A DNA stretch of 21,614 nucleotides from Rhodospirillales bacterium (GCA_038143065.1 JAYQLI010000040.1:1-21614), one strand, 5' to 3'. Positions 8,931 to 17,129 are shown, counted from the stretch's first letter. The notes: a model not told the origin generated them from the sequence alone. A program made the numbers and translations.

Positions 8931-9980
8931 ATGGCGAAAGCAGGCATAAAGATCGAAAATGTCCATTTGTCCTTTGGCAAGACCAAGGTCTTGAAAGGAG
9001 TCGACCTTGAGATCCAACCTGGAGAATTTTTCGCCTTCTTGGGGCCGTCGGGTTCAGGAAAATCCACGCTACTTCGGGCCATCGCAGGTTTCGGACCGAC
9101 ACCGAAAGGGCGGATCCTGATTGGCGAGCGCGATGTCGTTGGATTGAACCCTTGGTCGCGCAATGTGGGAATGGTCTTCCAGAGCTATGCTTTGTGGCCG
9201 CACATGTCAGTGCGCGACAATGTGGCATTTGGTCTGCGGGAACGCCGAGTACCGACTGCCGATGCGAAACGGAGGGTTAGCGAAGTGCTCGATCTTGTTG
9301 GTCTAGCGCACTTGGCCGAGCGTATGCCAAACCAGCTGTCTGGCGGACAGCAACAGCGGATTGCCCTGGCGCGGACCATTATCGTCGAACCCGAGGTTCT
9401 ACTTCTCGACGAGCCACTATCCAACCTCGATGCGGGCTTACGCGTACAGATGCGCAGAGAGCTGCTACGTCTTCAACGTCAGTTGGGTCTGACAACGATT
9501 TTCGTCACCCACGACCAAGAAGAAGCTAACACGACATCGGACCGGATGGCGGTACTCGATGGGGGCGTAATCCAACAGGTTGGAAGCCCGCAGGAACTCT
9601 ATGACAGACCTGCAAACCTGTTTGTTGCGAATTTTCTTGGAACCGCCAACATCTTGAAAGGAAAAGTCGAGATCGACGGCGACGAAATGCGGTTCGTGAC
9701 TGAAACGGGGGACACACTTGGCCTGCCTAGCGTTATTGGTTCTGGAACCAACGTCGTTCTTAGGCCCCAAAACATCACCATTCAACAAACCGAGAGCAAA
9801 GACACATTCCAAGGTGAAATCTTGCATCGAGAGTTCCTAGGTAGTCAGGTTCGCTACTTGGTGCGCGCTGCAGGTGCTGAGATTGTCGTTGATCAGAGTC
9901 ACGTGCCCGAACATTCTTGGTTCGAGAATGGAGCAACAGTGCACCTTCGGGCAAACACCGCTGGCGCGGTGTTGCTTTGA
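8931..9980 (+). CDS. ABC transporter ATP-binding protein, FbpC/PotA type with TOBE domain
   Basis: ATG 8931 with AGGGGAG RBS (in frame with ORF 8847..9980); GPSGSGKS, VFQSYALWPH, LSGGQQQR, LLLDEPLSNLD, VTHDQEEA. Confidence 0.92.
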   Translation: MAKAGIKIENVHLSFGKTKVLKGVDLEIQPGEFFAFLGPSGSGKSTLLRAIAGFGPTPKGRILIGERDVVGLNPWSRNVGMVFQSYALWPHMSVRDNVAFGLRERRVPTADAKRRVSEVLDLVGLAHLAERMPNQLSGGQQQRIALARTIIVEPEVLLLDEPLSNLDAGLRVQMRRELLRLQRQLGLTTIFVTHDQEEANTTSDRMAVLDGGVIQQVGSPQELYDRPANLFVANFLGTANILKGKVEIDGDEMRFVTETGDTLGLPSVIGSGTNVVLRPQNITIQQTESKDTFQGEILHREFLGSQVRYLVRAAGAEIVVDQSHVPEHSWFENGATVHLRANTAGAVLL

Positions 9981-10051
9981 GTAGCACTCTGCGGGTGCCC
10001 GCAAAGACTGCGCCGCCTGAACAATAACCGTACCCAAAGCTGACCATTGCT

Positions 10052-10183
10052 TGTGACGAAGAAGCTCTTAGACCCAGATGGAGCGACCACAACGCCTAAT
10101 CCACGGCATACAGATTGAGTGTCACGTAATCGATAGACCGTAGCCCGTGGCTCTGCGTCCCGGATTTGTTTGTCTGTCAACAT
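10052..10183 (-). pseudogene. Truncated tyrosine integrase: N-terminal arm-DNA-binding domain only (P4-like, DUF4102/Arm-DNA-bind_3)
   Basis: MLTDKQIRDAEPRATVYRLRD...RGLGVVVAPSGSKSFFV matches the MLT-x3-I-x4-P...Y-x-L-x-D...GL-x-V-x-V-x-PSG-x-KSF pattern; similarity ends after ~44 codons; gene points away from the att core ~150 bp downstream. Confidence 0.8.
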
Positions 10184-10203
10184 ATTGCCGCGTTATTGCC
10201 ACT
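10183..10203 (+). repeat. Arm-type direct repeat pair TATTGCC(G/A)C, 11-bp period (family A)
   Basis: tattgccgcgt tattgccact abutting the integrase start codon; related copy ttattgccacgt...attgccc at 14715-14737. Confidence 0.6.
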
Positions 10204-10336
10204 TTCAGGATGTTACATGATGATATATCAAGAGATTCCATTGAGCAACAAGCTCGATCATATTACATTGTAAATAATGATAAATACACAGATTTTGTTA
10301 CTTTATGAGATGTGATGAAACATATTTACCACCTCA

Positions 10337-10381
10337 CTCATAACCTGAAGGTCGCAGGTTTCAAAATCCTGCCCACAACCA
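10337..10381 (+). repeat. att core 1: degenerate 3' half of tRNA-fMet(CAT)
   Basis: ctcataacctgaaggtcgcaggtttcaaaatcctgcccacaacca: anticodon loop CTCATAA through T-arm and ACCA, with small indels; no 5' half upstream. Confidence 0.88.
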
Positions 10382-10409
10382 AATATTTATATAAATTAAT
10401 TATTTGTCA

Positions 10410-10443
10410 GGCCACAATCCTTTGTGGTTACGGTCTTCTTTTT
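10410..10443 (+). terminator. Hairpin downstream of att core 1
   Basis: ggccacaa-tcct-ttgtggtt stem followed by acggtcttcttttt; same relative position as the hairpin after core 2. Confidence 0.45.
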
Positions 10444-10461
10444 GCGTTTGGCTTGCTGCTT

Positions 10462-10481
10462 TCTGTCCACAATCTGTCCAC
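10462..10481 (+). repeat. Arm-type direct repeat pair TCTGTCCAC x2, 11-bp period (family B, left end)
   Basis: tctgtccac aa tctgtccac. Confidence 0.65.
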
Positions 10482-10704
10482 TGCCCTTCAGGTTCAAACA
10501 AGGTTGAGTGGTAAAATTCCACACTTTCGCGAAACAAATCTGCTGTGCAAAACTGTTGTTTAGATTTTCAGATAGTTTTGGTCAGCTTTATCCGGTGAAC
10601 AATTGCGTCTGTCAGAATTTAAATCATGATTTATCGACCCATCTGTTATACGGATTGTGTTCGTTCAATTCTGTCACACGAATTACAAAGAAGAGTAGGG
10701 TTTG

Positions 10705-11499
10705 ATGAAAGCCATTATTTTTACAGATTTAGACGCAAGCCTACTGCATGAAGAAACTTTTTCGTGCGCTGAAATAATTGATGTTTTGAACACGCTGTTG
10801 GCTGATGGTGTTTTGATTATTCCCAACACCAGTAAAACCGAAGTTGAAACACGAAATGTTTTGGAGTCTCTGAATCTCAAAACACCTTTCATTGTCGAAA
10901 ACGGTGCCAAATTGTGTGATATGCAATGTATTTTCCAATCTATTGGTGAAACAGATAAAGAGTTTGGGATAGATGCGTCAGAGTTGGGCGCCAGACTCGA
11001 AAAGCTTGGTGATTTATCTTTCGTGAGTGATTTTCAGCCAATTACAAAATTGAAACCAGAAAAAGCCTCCCAAATTTTGGGATTAACTGGGGCAGAGTTA
11101 GAGGAAGCCCTCGAACGCAGATATAGCGCTTTATACCAATATATTGGTCCAAAATCTAAAATTCCCTTTTGGCAAAAAAATTTATTAAAGGTTGGTTTAA
11201 ACCTCTCACAAGGTGGGAGGGCTTTTGCTATCTCAGGTTGCCATGATAAGGCAACCCCGATGAAGTGGCTGTCAGAAAAACTTGTTTCAATGGGCCAGAG
11301 GCTTCCAAAAATCATTGCGATTGGTGATAGCAATAATGATAAACCAATGATGCTGGCGTCCGCTGTCGCTTGTGTTATACCTCACCTAAACGGCTCTCGT
11401 TTGACCTTGCCTGAGCACCCCTGTGTTGTTTTTGCGGATGAGCCAGCACCTTTTGGTTGGCAGCATGGTGCAAAAAAAGCACTAGAGATATTGTTGTGA
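10705..11499 (+). CDS. gpgP: Glucosyl-/mannosyl-3-phosphoglycerate phosphatase (HAD subfamily IIB, GpgP/MpgP/YedP type)
   Basis: IIFTDLDASLL, NTSKT, PFIVENGA, QGGR, DKA, AIGDSNNDKPM, PAPFGW; first gene of operon with gpgS. Confidence 0.82.
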   Translation: MKAIIFTDLDASLLHEETFSCAEIIDVLNTLLADGVLIIPNTSKTEVETRNVLESLNLKTPFIVENGAKLCDMQCIFQSIGETDKEFGIDASELGARLEKLGDLSFVSDFQPITKLKPEKASQILGLTGAELEEALERRYSALYQYIGPKSKIPFWQKNLLKVGLNLSQGGRAFAISGCHDKATPMKWLSEKLVSMGQRLPKIIAIGDSNNDKPMMLASAVACVIPHLNGSRLTLPEHPCVVFADEPAPFGWQHGAKKALEILL

Positions 11500-11516
11500 A
11501 TGCATAATATGCACTC

Positions 11517-12746
11517 ATGGATTTTCAACAGAACCGCTCCATAACTACGCTTCACAACTTAGGCTTGCGCTCTCTTGAGCAGAAAGAGGCCAAGTTACAA
11601 TTGTTCTCTGGCTATCGTCCGATGGAGCTCATCTTACCCTGCCTGTACAGTGAGATTGATGGGCCCGCGCTTGAGCCTATTGTGGAGCACTTGTCATCAG
11701 TCAAGTACATAAGCCACATTACGATCGGTTTGGACAAGGCGACAAAGGCTGAGTTTGAAGACGCTAAAAGGTTCTTCAATCGATTACAATCGCCACACTC
11801 TGTAATATGGAATGATGGCCCAAAACTCACCCGATTGAGACAATCTCTCGAAAACGTTGGTTTGGAAATGGGGGATCAGGGTAAAGGTAGAAATGTTTGG
11901 ACGTGTGTTGGCCATGTGATTTCCAGAGGTAAAGCTGAGGTTGTTGGCTTTCATGACTGTGATATCTTAACATATGATCGCGATTTGCTTGCAAACTTGT
12001 TTTTGCCTCTGGCGAATCCTGATTTTGAATTTGAATTTTGTAAGGGATATTACGCTCGTGTTGCCGACGGTAAATTAAACGGGCGAGTCGTTCGCCTGCT
12101 AATGGGACCACTCTTGGCCTCGTTCAGAGCTACACTTGGAGCAAATGAATATTTAGATTACATGGAGTCTTTCAGGTATCCGCTGTCTGGAGAATTTTCC
12201 GTTCGTAAAAGTCTGCTTCGTGACCTGCGGGTGCCTTTCGACTGGGGCTTGGAGGTGGGTTTGTTGTCTGAGGTCTTTCGGAATCAGGCAACCAACCGGA
12301 TATGCCAAGCTGAAATTTGTGACATTTATGATCACAAACATCAACCTTTGTCGACTGAGAATGCCGATAGTGGTTTGTCTAAAATGTCGACGGACATAAT
12401 CAAATCTCTCATTCGAAAATTGGCTATACAGGGATATTCGTTCAGCAATGAAACTATGCGTTCCATCAAAGCCTCGTATTATCGCTTTGCCCTGGACGCT
12501 ATCGATAAGTATAAAGCTGACGCAGCATACAATGCTCTGGAAATTGATCTGAATTCTGAGGAGAAGGCTGTTGAACTATTTGCCGAGAACGTGATGAGAG
12601 CTGGTGAGAGTTTTGCTTACGAACCAATGGCGATACCATTCATGCCTACTTGGTCCAGAGTTTCTTCGGCCTACCCAGACTTTCTCTACCAGCTACGTGT
12701 TGCAATAGAGGAAGATAATGGTCTCCAGAGCTATAGAGCAGCATAG
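11517..12746 (+). CDS. gpgS: Glucosyl-3-phosphoglycerate synthase (long cyanobacterial/proteobacterial GpgS-type glycosyltransferase)
   Basis: 409 aa; MDFQQ..ITTLHNL, LILPCLYSE, GKGRNVW, HDCDI, FCKGYYAR, GRVVRL, FRYPLSGEF, DWGLEVG, YDHKHQ, PTWSRV; flanked by cognate phosphatase. Confidence 0.82.
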   Translation: MDFQQNRSITTLHNLGLRSLEQKEAKLQLFSGYRPMELILPCLYSEIDGPALEPIVEHLSSVKYISHITIGLDKATKAEFEDAKRFFNRLQSPHSVIWNDGPKLTRLRQSLENVGLEMGDQGKGRNVWTCVGHVISRGKAEVVGFHDCDILTYDRDLLANLFLPLANPDFEFEFCKGYYARVADGKLNGRVVRLLMGPLLASFRATLGANEYLDYMESFRYPLSGEFSVRKSLLRDLRVPFDWGLEVGLLSEVFRNQATNRICQAEICDIYDHKHQPLSTENADSGLSKMSTDIIKSLIRKLAIQGYSFSNETMRSIKASYYRFALDAIDKYKADAAYNALEIDLNSEEKAVELFAENVMRAGESFAYEPMAIPFMPTWSRVSSAYPDFLYQLRVAIEEDNGLQSYRAA

Positions 12747-14496
12747 TGAGCTGAAGCAAAATTTATTTTGTATTTTGAACGACATATACCCAGAAATGTG
12801 CTCCTCTCTTCTGGATAATTTTGCCGAAGACCTTGCTAATTTAGCATCAGAAAATCAATCACCAGATGAGTTCAAAAATCGTTCGTTATGGTCTGCAAAT
12901 GACGTTCTATTAATTTCGTATCCCGACAACATAATCAGCCAAAACACACCACCGCTCCAGTCATTACAAAAATTCTTGGCCAAATATTTTTCTGACACGA
13001 TAAGCATCGTACATGTTTTGCCGTTTTTCCCTTCTACTGGCGATGATGGGTTCTCCGTTCAAAACTACTTTGAAGTTGATGAGAAATTGGGGGATTGGAT
13101 TGATGTTGGTGAGATCGTTAAACACACAACTCTAATGGCGGATGTAGTTTTAAATCATTGTTCTGTAGAAAGTTCATGGTTCATTGGTTACCAAAACGGC
13201 GACCCATTGTATGAAAACTTTTTTTGCACTGTCCCCGAAGACTTTGATACCTCAAACATTGTGCGTCCGAGAAGCTCTTCTTTAGAAGAAAAGTTTTTGG
13301 TTAATGGTGAGGAGAGGAATATCTGGTGCACGTTCAGTAGTGATCAAGCTGATCTAAATTTCAAAAACCCAGCAGTTCTTCGCAAACTTATAGATGTGAT
13401 ATTTTGGTATATTCAGAAGGGCGTGCGAGTTTTTAGATTAGATGCAGTTGCGTTTATCTGGAAAAATTCTGGCACTACAGGTTTAAATGCTCCTCAAGCT
13501 CATTTGATAGTCAGGTTGTTGAGGGTTTTGGTTGATTATGTTGATCTTGGAATAATTTTAATTACTGAAACAAATCTTCCGGTTGACGAAAACTTATCAT
13601 ATTTTGGAAACGGTAATGAAGCACATTGGATATATAACTTTACCCTACCGCCCCTGAGTATTTTTACTCTGATGTTCGGCGATGCCACCCAGATTCGCAA
13701 ATGGAGCATAGGAATGCCGCCTGCTCTTCCCAACACTGCTTATTTGAATTTTCTGAGCTCGCATGATGGTATTGGGTTGCGACCAGTTGAGGGTGTTTTA
13801 ACAGATCAGCAATTGGACCAGATGGTGAGCCAATTAGAGACAAATGGCTCGCTTTTCTCTTGGCGCAATATTTCGCAGAGCGAACAAAAAATTTATGAGG
13901 CAAACATCACTATTTTTAACTCCTTACGGCAGACACCATCTGATCCTACTGGAGAATTCAAAATACAGAGGTATCTGGCTGCAAATTGTATAATGTTGGG
14001 CTTCGAAGGTGTGCCTGCTTTTTATTTAAATGCATTTTTTGCGACATGTAACGACACTGATGCTGTAAATAAAAAACGCTCAAATCGCGCGATAAATCGC
14101 CACAAGTGGTCCAAAATAGAGCTTGAAAAGCGCCTAAAATCCTCAAAAAATATTGAGAGCTTAGTTTTCAATTCATTGAAGAGGCTCATATCCATCAGAA
14201 AATGCCAGCCCGCTTTTCATCCCAACGCGACACAGTTTACATTGCAATTAGATAGTTGTTTTTTTGGTATTTGGAGGCAGTCAATTGATCTTTCGCAGAA
14301 TATTTATGCAATAACAAATGTAACTCACTTAGAGCAAAGTTTGCGCTTAAGTAATTTAAATTTGGCATTTTCAGATAGATGGTTTGATTTGATCTCCGGC
14401 GATGAAATATCAAATTCTGCGAACGTGTTGTCCTTTAATCGTTATCAAACCTATTGGATCTCCAACGAGCGGCTTTGCATCTCTAAATCGACCTGA
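12718..14496 (+). CDS. GH13_18 sucrose-phosphorylase-family enzyme, probably glucosylglycerate phosphorylase (YcjM-like)
   Basis: 592 aa; HVLPFFP, DDGFSV, DVVLNH, WCTFSSDQADLNF, RLDAV (nucleophile), ITETN (acid/base), SHDGIG, YEANIT loop; GAGGAAG RBS; overlaps gpgS end. Confidence 0.82.
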   Translation: MVSRAIEQHSELKQNLFCILNDIYPEMCSSLLDNFAEDLANLASENQSPDEFKNRSLWSANDVLLISYPDNIISQNTPPLQSLQKFLAKYFSDTISIVHVLPFFPSTGDDGFSVQNYFEVDEKLGDWIDVGEIVKHTTLMADVVLNHCSVESSWFIGYQNGDPLYENFFCTVPEDFDTSNIVRPRSSSLEEKFLVNGEERNIWCTFSSDQADLNFKNPAVLRKLIDVIFWYIQKGVRVFRLDAVAFIWKNSGTTGLNAPQAHLIVRLLRVLVDYVDLGIILITETNLPVDENLSYFGNGNEAHWIYNFTLPPLSIFTLMFGDATQIRKWSIGMPPALPNTAYLNFLSSHDGIGLRPVEGVLTDQQLDQMVSQLETNGSLFSWRNISQSEQKIYEANITIFNSLRQTPSDPTGEFKIQRYLAANCIMLGFEGVPAFYLNAFFATCNDTDAVNKKRSNRAINRHKWSKIELEKRLKSSKNIESLVFNSLKRLISIRKCQPAFHPNATQFTLQLDSCFFGIWRQSIDLSQNIYAITNVTHLEQSLRLSNLNLAFSDRWFDLISGDEISNSANVLSFNRYQTYWISNERLCISKST

Positions 14497-14545
14497 TAAC
14501 TTTGACTTGCTGCATGCGGTTGGTCTAAGCAATTTAGCACCTTGC

Positions 14546-14565
14546 TCTATCCACCAGCTATCTAC
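14546..14565 (+). repeat. Arm-type direct repeat pair CTATC(C/T)AC x2, 11-bp period (family B, right end)
   Basis: tctatccac ca gctatctac; related to 10462-10481. Confidence 0.55.
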
Positions 14566-14602
14566 TACTCTGATATTTGTCAGAAAACCGGGAATTTTTG
14601 TT

Positions 14603-14650
14603 AGGCTCATAACCTGAAGGTCGCAGGTTCAAATCCTGCCCCCGGAACCA
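14603..14650 (+). repeat. att core 2: 3' half of tRNA-fMet(CAT)
   Basis: aggctcataacctgaaggtcgcaggttcaaatcctgcccccggaacca: anticodon arm, T-arm GGTTCAAATCC and ACCA; no acceptor-stem 5' strand upstream so not an intact tRNA. Confidence 0.9.
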
Positions 14651-14676
14651 AAAAGTATAGATTATTACAATATTTC

Positions 14677-14704
14677 AGCCACTTCATTTTTGAGGTGGCT
14701 TTTT
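14677..14704 (+). terminator. Rho-independent terminator after att core 2
   Basis: agccacttca-tttt-tgaggtggct stem (10 bp, one G-U) followed by tttt. Confidence 0.75.
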
Positions 14705-14714
14705 GTATTCAAAA

Positions 14715-14737
14715 TTATTGCCACGTTTAGATTGCCC
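14715..14737 (+). repeat. Arm-type repeat, family A (TATTGCCAC / ATTGCCC)
   Basis: ttattgccacgt ttag attgccc; same motif as 10183-10203 although spacing is not 11 bp. Confidence 0.5.
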
Positions 14738-15042
14738 ATGAAGCCTTTTACACGAAATGTTGACCAAGGACCCAGGTTAATGAAGCGATTTGTGCATCAG
14801 ATTTGGATGTTTGCACTGGTGGGCCTTGGTTGTGCTAGGCGTTATGTCGCGGACAATGGACCTTGACCCTTAAGGTTTAGTTTCCGATGGGGCCTCCAAA
14901 CTCTTTGGTTCCACCAAACTGATGTCTCTTGTGCTATTAAAGCTGATACAAACCGGATTTTAAAAATACGGACGCTTTATAGATATGCCGTTAAAGTCAA
15001 GGGCACTTCTAGGATCGTGGCATTAAAAATGAGGAAGAAATT

Positions 15043-15804
15043 GTGGATTTTGGAATAATTTTGCCAAATGATATAGCACCGTCCATTGTCATATTTTTGG
15101 TATTTATGAGTTTTGTAACATCTTTCATCACGGCCGCCTTTGGCATTGGTGGCGGAGCCATTATTCTGGCGGTTTTGGCGGTCAGCATACCGGCGGCGGC
15201 GCTGATTCCGGTCCATGGGGTGGTGCAACTAGGCTCGAACGCTGGCCGCGTCGGGCTGATGCTCAAGGACGTAGTATGGCGTCCGGCCTTGCCATTTATT
15301 GCGGGAAGTCTGGTCGGTGCAAGTATTGGCGGTGCTGTAGCGGTGCAGATACCGACAGCGATTGTGCAAATCGCCGTTGGTTTTTTTATTGTGTTTGTTG
15401 TGCTTGTCAAGCTGCCTCCAATCGCTATGCGCTATATTTTTGCAGGGGGATTGGTTTCAAGTTTTCTGACCATGTTCTTTGGTGCCACTGGCAATTTTAT
15501 TGCCGCCATGGTCAAAAGCATGCAGCTTGACCCGCTACCGCATGTGGCAACACATTCCGTGATGATGACGATTCAGCATCTGCTTAACGTGATTGTTTTC
15601 GGCATCGTTGGGTTTAACTTTGCCGCTTATCTACCAATTATCGTATGGATGCTCATTAGCGGGTTTGCCGGCACATTCATCGGCAAACAATTTCTGGTCA
15701 AATCCGGGCATGCTTATTTCAAACCCATATTAAACGGCGTGTTGTTGTTTGTGGCGGCTCACTTGATATGGACTGGTGCCAGTTTGATGCTCGCACCAGC
15801 ATAA
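15043..15804 (+). CDS. TSUP / TauE-SafE family membrane exporter
   Basis: 253 aa, ~8 TM; AAFGIGGG, LIPVHGVVQLGSN, FFGATG; GTG start with GAGGAAG RBS. Confidence 0.85.
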   Translation: MDFGIILPNDIAPSIVIFLVFMSFVTSFITAAFGIGGGAIILAVLAVSIPAAALIPVHGVVQLGSNAGRVGLMLKDVVWRPALPFIAGSLVGASIGGAVAVQIPTAIVQIAVGFFIVFVVLVKLPPIAMRYIFAGGLVSSFLTMFFGATGNFIAAMVKSMQLDPLPHVATHSVMMTIQHLLNVIVFGIVGFNFAAYLPIIVWMLISGFAGTFIGKQFLVKSGHAYFKPILNGVLLFVAAHLIWTGASLMLAPA

Positions 15805-16155
15805 CGGAGTATTAAAATTTAATTATTTGTAAACCGGCGGTGTGCGATCTAGAAATGTCGCCCATAGACCATCGCATAGTTCTTCGGCTGGATAGGGGGT
15901 TTTTGATTTCGTGAAGACACAAGCTTTGACATTCTTTCGAGTACCTTTAAAAGCTGGCCATTATGTGCCCTAGCTTCTAACCCGTCATAACAGTGTTTCT
16001 GTTGTTTATGAATGGTCAGATAATGCTTGATGTTCCATCGGGTTTGTTCTGCAAATGCTAAGTTAATGGCTCACAGGCAACGAAAACGTTTTAATGGTAT
16101 AGATTTCCAATATGCCAAGAAAGCCTGACAGCTCTGTTTTTCACATTCGTGACAA

Positions 16156-16995
16156 CTAGAGTTCGAAGCCATGCTTTCGCACATAGTTGCTAAAGGATAT
16201 ACGGTCTGTATTCGAAGTTTGGCGAGCCTTGTCAAGTGACCAGCCATAGTCTTCTAAAATACCGTATCTGTCTGATTGGCGCTGATTTTTATATGAGTTT
16301 TTTTTCTGGCGTCGCCGATCATATTCGGCGACCTCATCCGCCAAAGACGATGCGTCATATCTATTTTTATGCACCACGACCCTTGCTGGTAATCGGACGC
16401 TGATAGGGGGGTCATCTTCAGCGTAGCCCAGACATAAACCGGCAAAGGGAAAGACGCTATCAGGTAGGGCGCAGAATTCTGAGAGGCTATCAGTGATTTC
16501 ACGCACTGCACTGACCGGACAGCAGCCCAGCCCTTCTGCTTCAGCGGCAATTATAAAATTCTGCAAAACAATCGCAGTGTCCGCCACAGCATTTACAAGC
16601 GCATCCACCGGATCATGTGCAAAGCTGGCATTATGAAACTCACAAATATCCCGAATACGCCGACTGTCCCCACAAAACAAAAGAAATACTGGCGCTGAGG
16701 AAATCCATGGCATTGATGGAATGTTACGCTGGATAAAGTCCCGTGCGACAGGCTCCTCTAGGTGGATGATCGCAGTTTGCTGCAGGTCAGATTTGCTAGG
16801 TGCTGATAGGGCGCAAGCATACAAAAGCTGCAGGGTTTCTTCTGTAACCGGAGTATTTTTGAAACGACGGTGAGAGCGATGTTCAAGCTGTGTTGCATGA
16901 GTTCCAATTGGAAAACGGTCTTTGCCAATGTTGCTTGGCTCGGCAAATCGTTCACGAATGAGATCAGATAATTTTCGTGTTTCTTTTTCTACCAC
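16156..16995 (-). CDS. Nitroreductase family, NfsA/FRP-like NADPH-dependent flavin oxidoreductase
   Basis: HRSHRRF, SAPSKSDLQ, LLFCGD, DTAIVLQN, AAEAEGLGCCPVSAVR, VFPFAGLCLGY, RLP..VVVH. Confidence 0.88.
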   Translation of the reverse strand: MVEKETRKLSDLIRERFAEPSNIGKDRFPIGTHATQLEHRSHRRFKNTPVTEETLQLLYACALSAPSKSDLQQTAIIHLEEPVARDFIQRNIPSMPWISSAPVFLLFCGDSRRIRDICEFHNASFAHDPVDALVNAVADTAIVLQNFIIAAEAEGLGCCPVSAVREITDSLSEFCALPDSVFPFAGLCLGYAEDDPPISVRLPARVVVHKNRYDASSLADEVAEYDRRRQKKNSYKNQRQSDRYGILEDYGWSLDKARQTSNTDRISFSNYVRKHGFEL

Positions 16996-17129
16996 CTCGA
17001 CTATCCTTCTTTCAGTTGGATTCTATACCGATAGTTTAATTAACAGGACTGCTAACAATGCTAAAAGAATTGTCATAAGTCCAATTTGCAGCGCGGTTAT
17101 TTGATGATACGGCCAAACAAAAAGGAAGA

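Larger units (their letters stand above)
10337..14650. mobile_element. Integrase-less ~4.3 kb genomic islet bounded by tRNA-fMet 3'-half direct repeats, carrying glucosylglycerate genes
   Basis: Direct repeats at both ends, visibly lower GC than both flanks, related 11-bp-period repeat pairs just inside both ends (10462-10481, 14546-14565). Confidence 0.75.

Noticed and set aside
5752-9980. Fe3+ (FbpABC) transporter call
   Set aside because: Permease and ATPase are of that class, but the binding protein is PgtC-like and sits downstream of a Pgt-like sensor.
10485-10498. Inverted 10-bp copy of the att core (ccttcaggtt) overlapping a T-loop-like caggttcaaa
   Set aside because: Too short to distinguish from chance; no supporting structure.
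10609-10687. Pho box upstream of gpgP (ctgtcag, ctgttat, ctgtcac)
   Set aside because: Half-sites are not in the required 11-bp tandem spacing.
10312-10705. ORFs 10312..10563 and 10508..10705
   Set aside because: They run across the att core, hairpin and promoter in AT-rich DNA and have no recognisable protein features.
14575-14650. Intact tRNA-Met gene
   Set aside because: Only the anticodon arm onward matches; upstream sequence has at most faint D-arm resemblance (ag....ccgg.a) and no strand to pair with CCCCCGG, so no acceptor stem. Treated as an att core.
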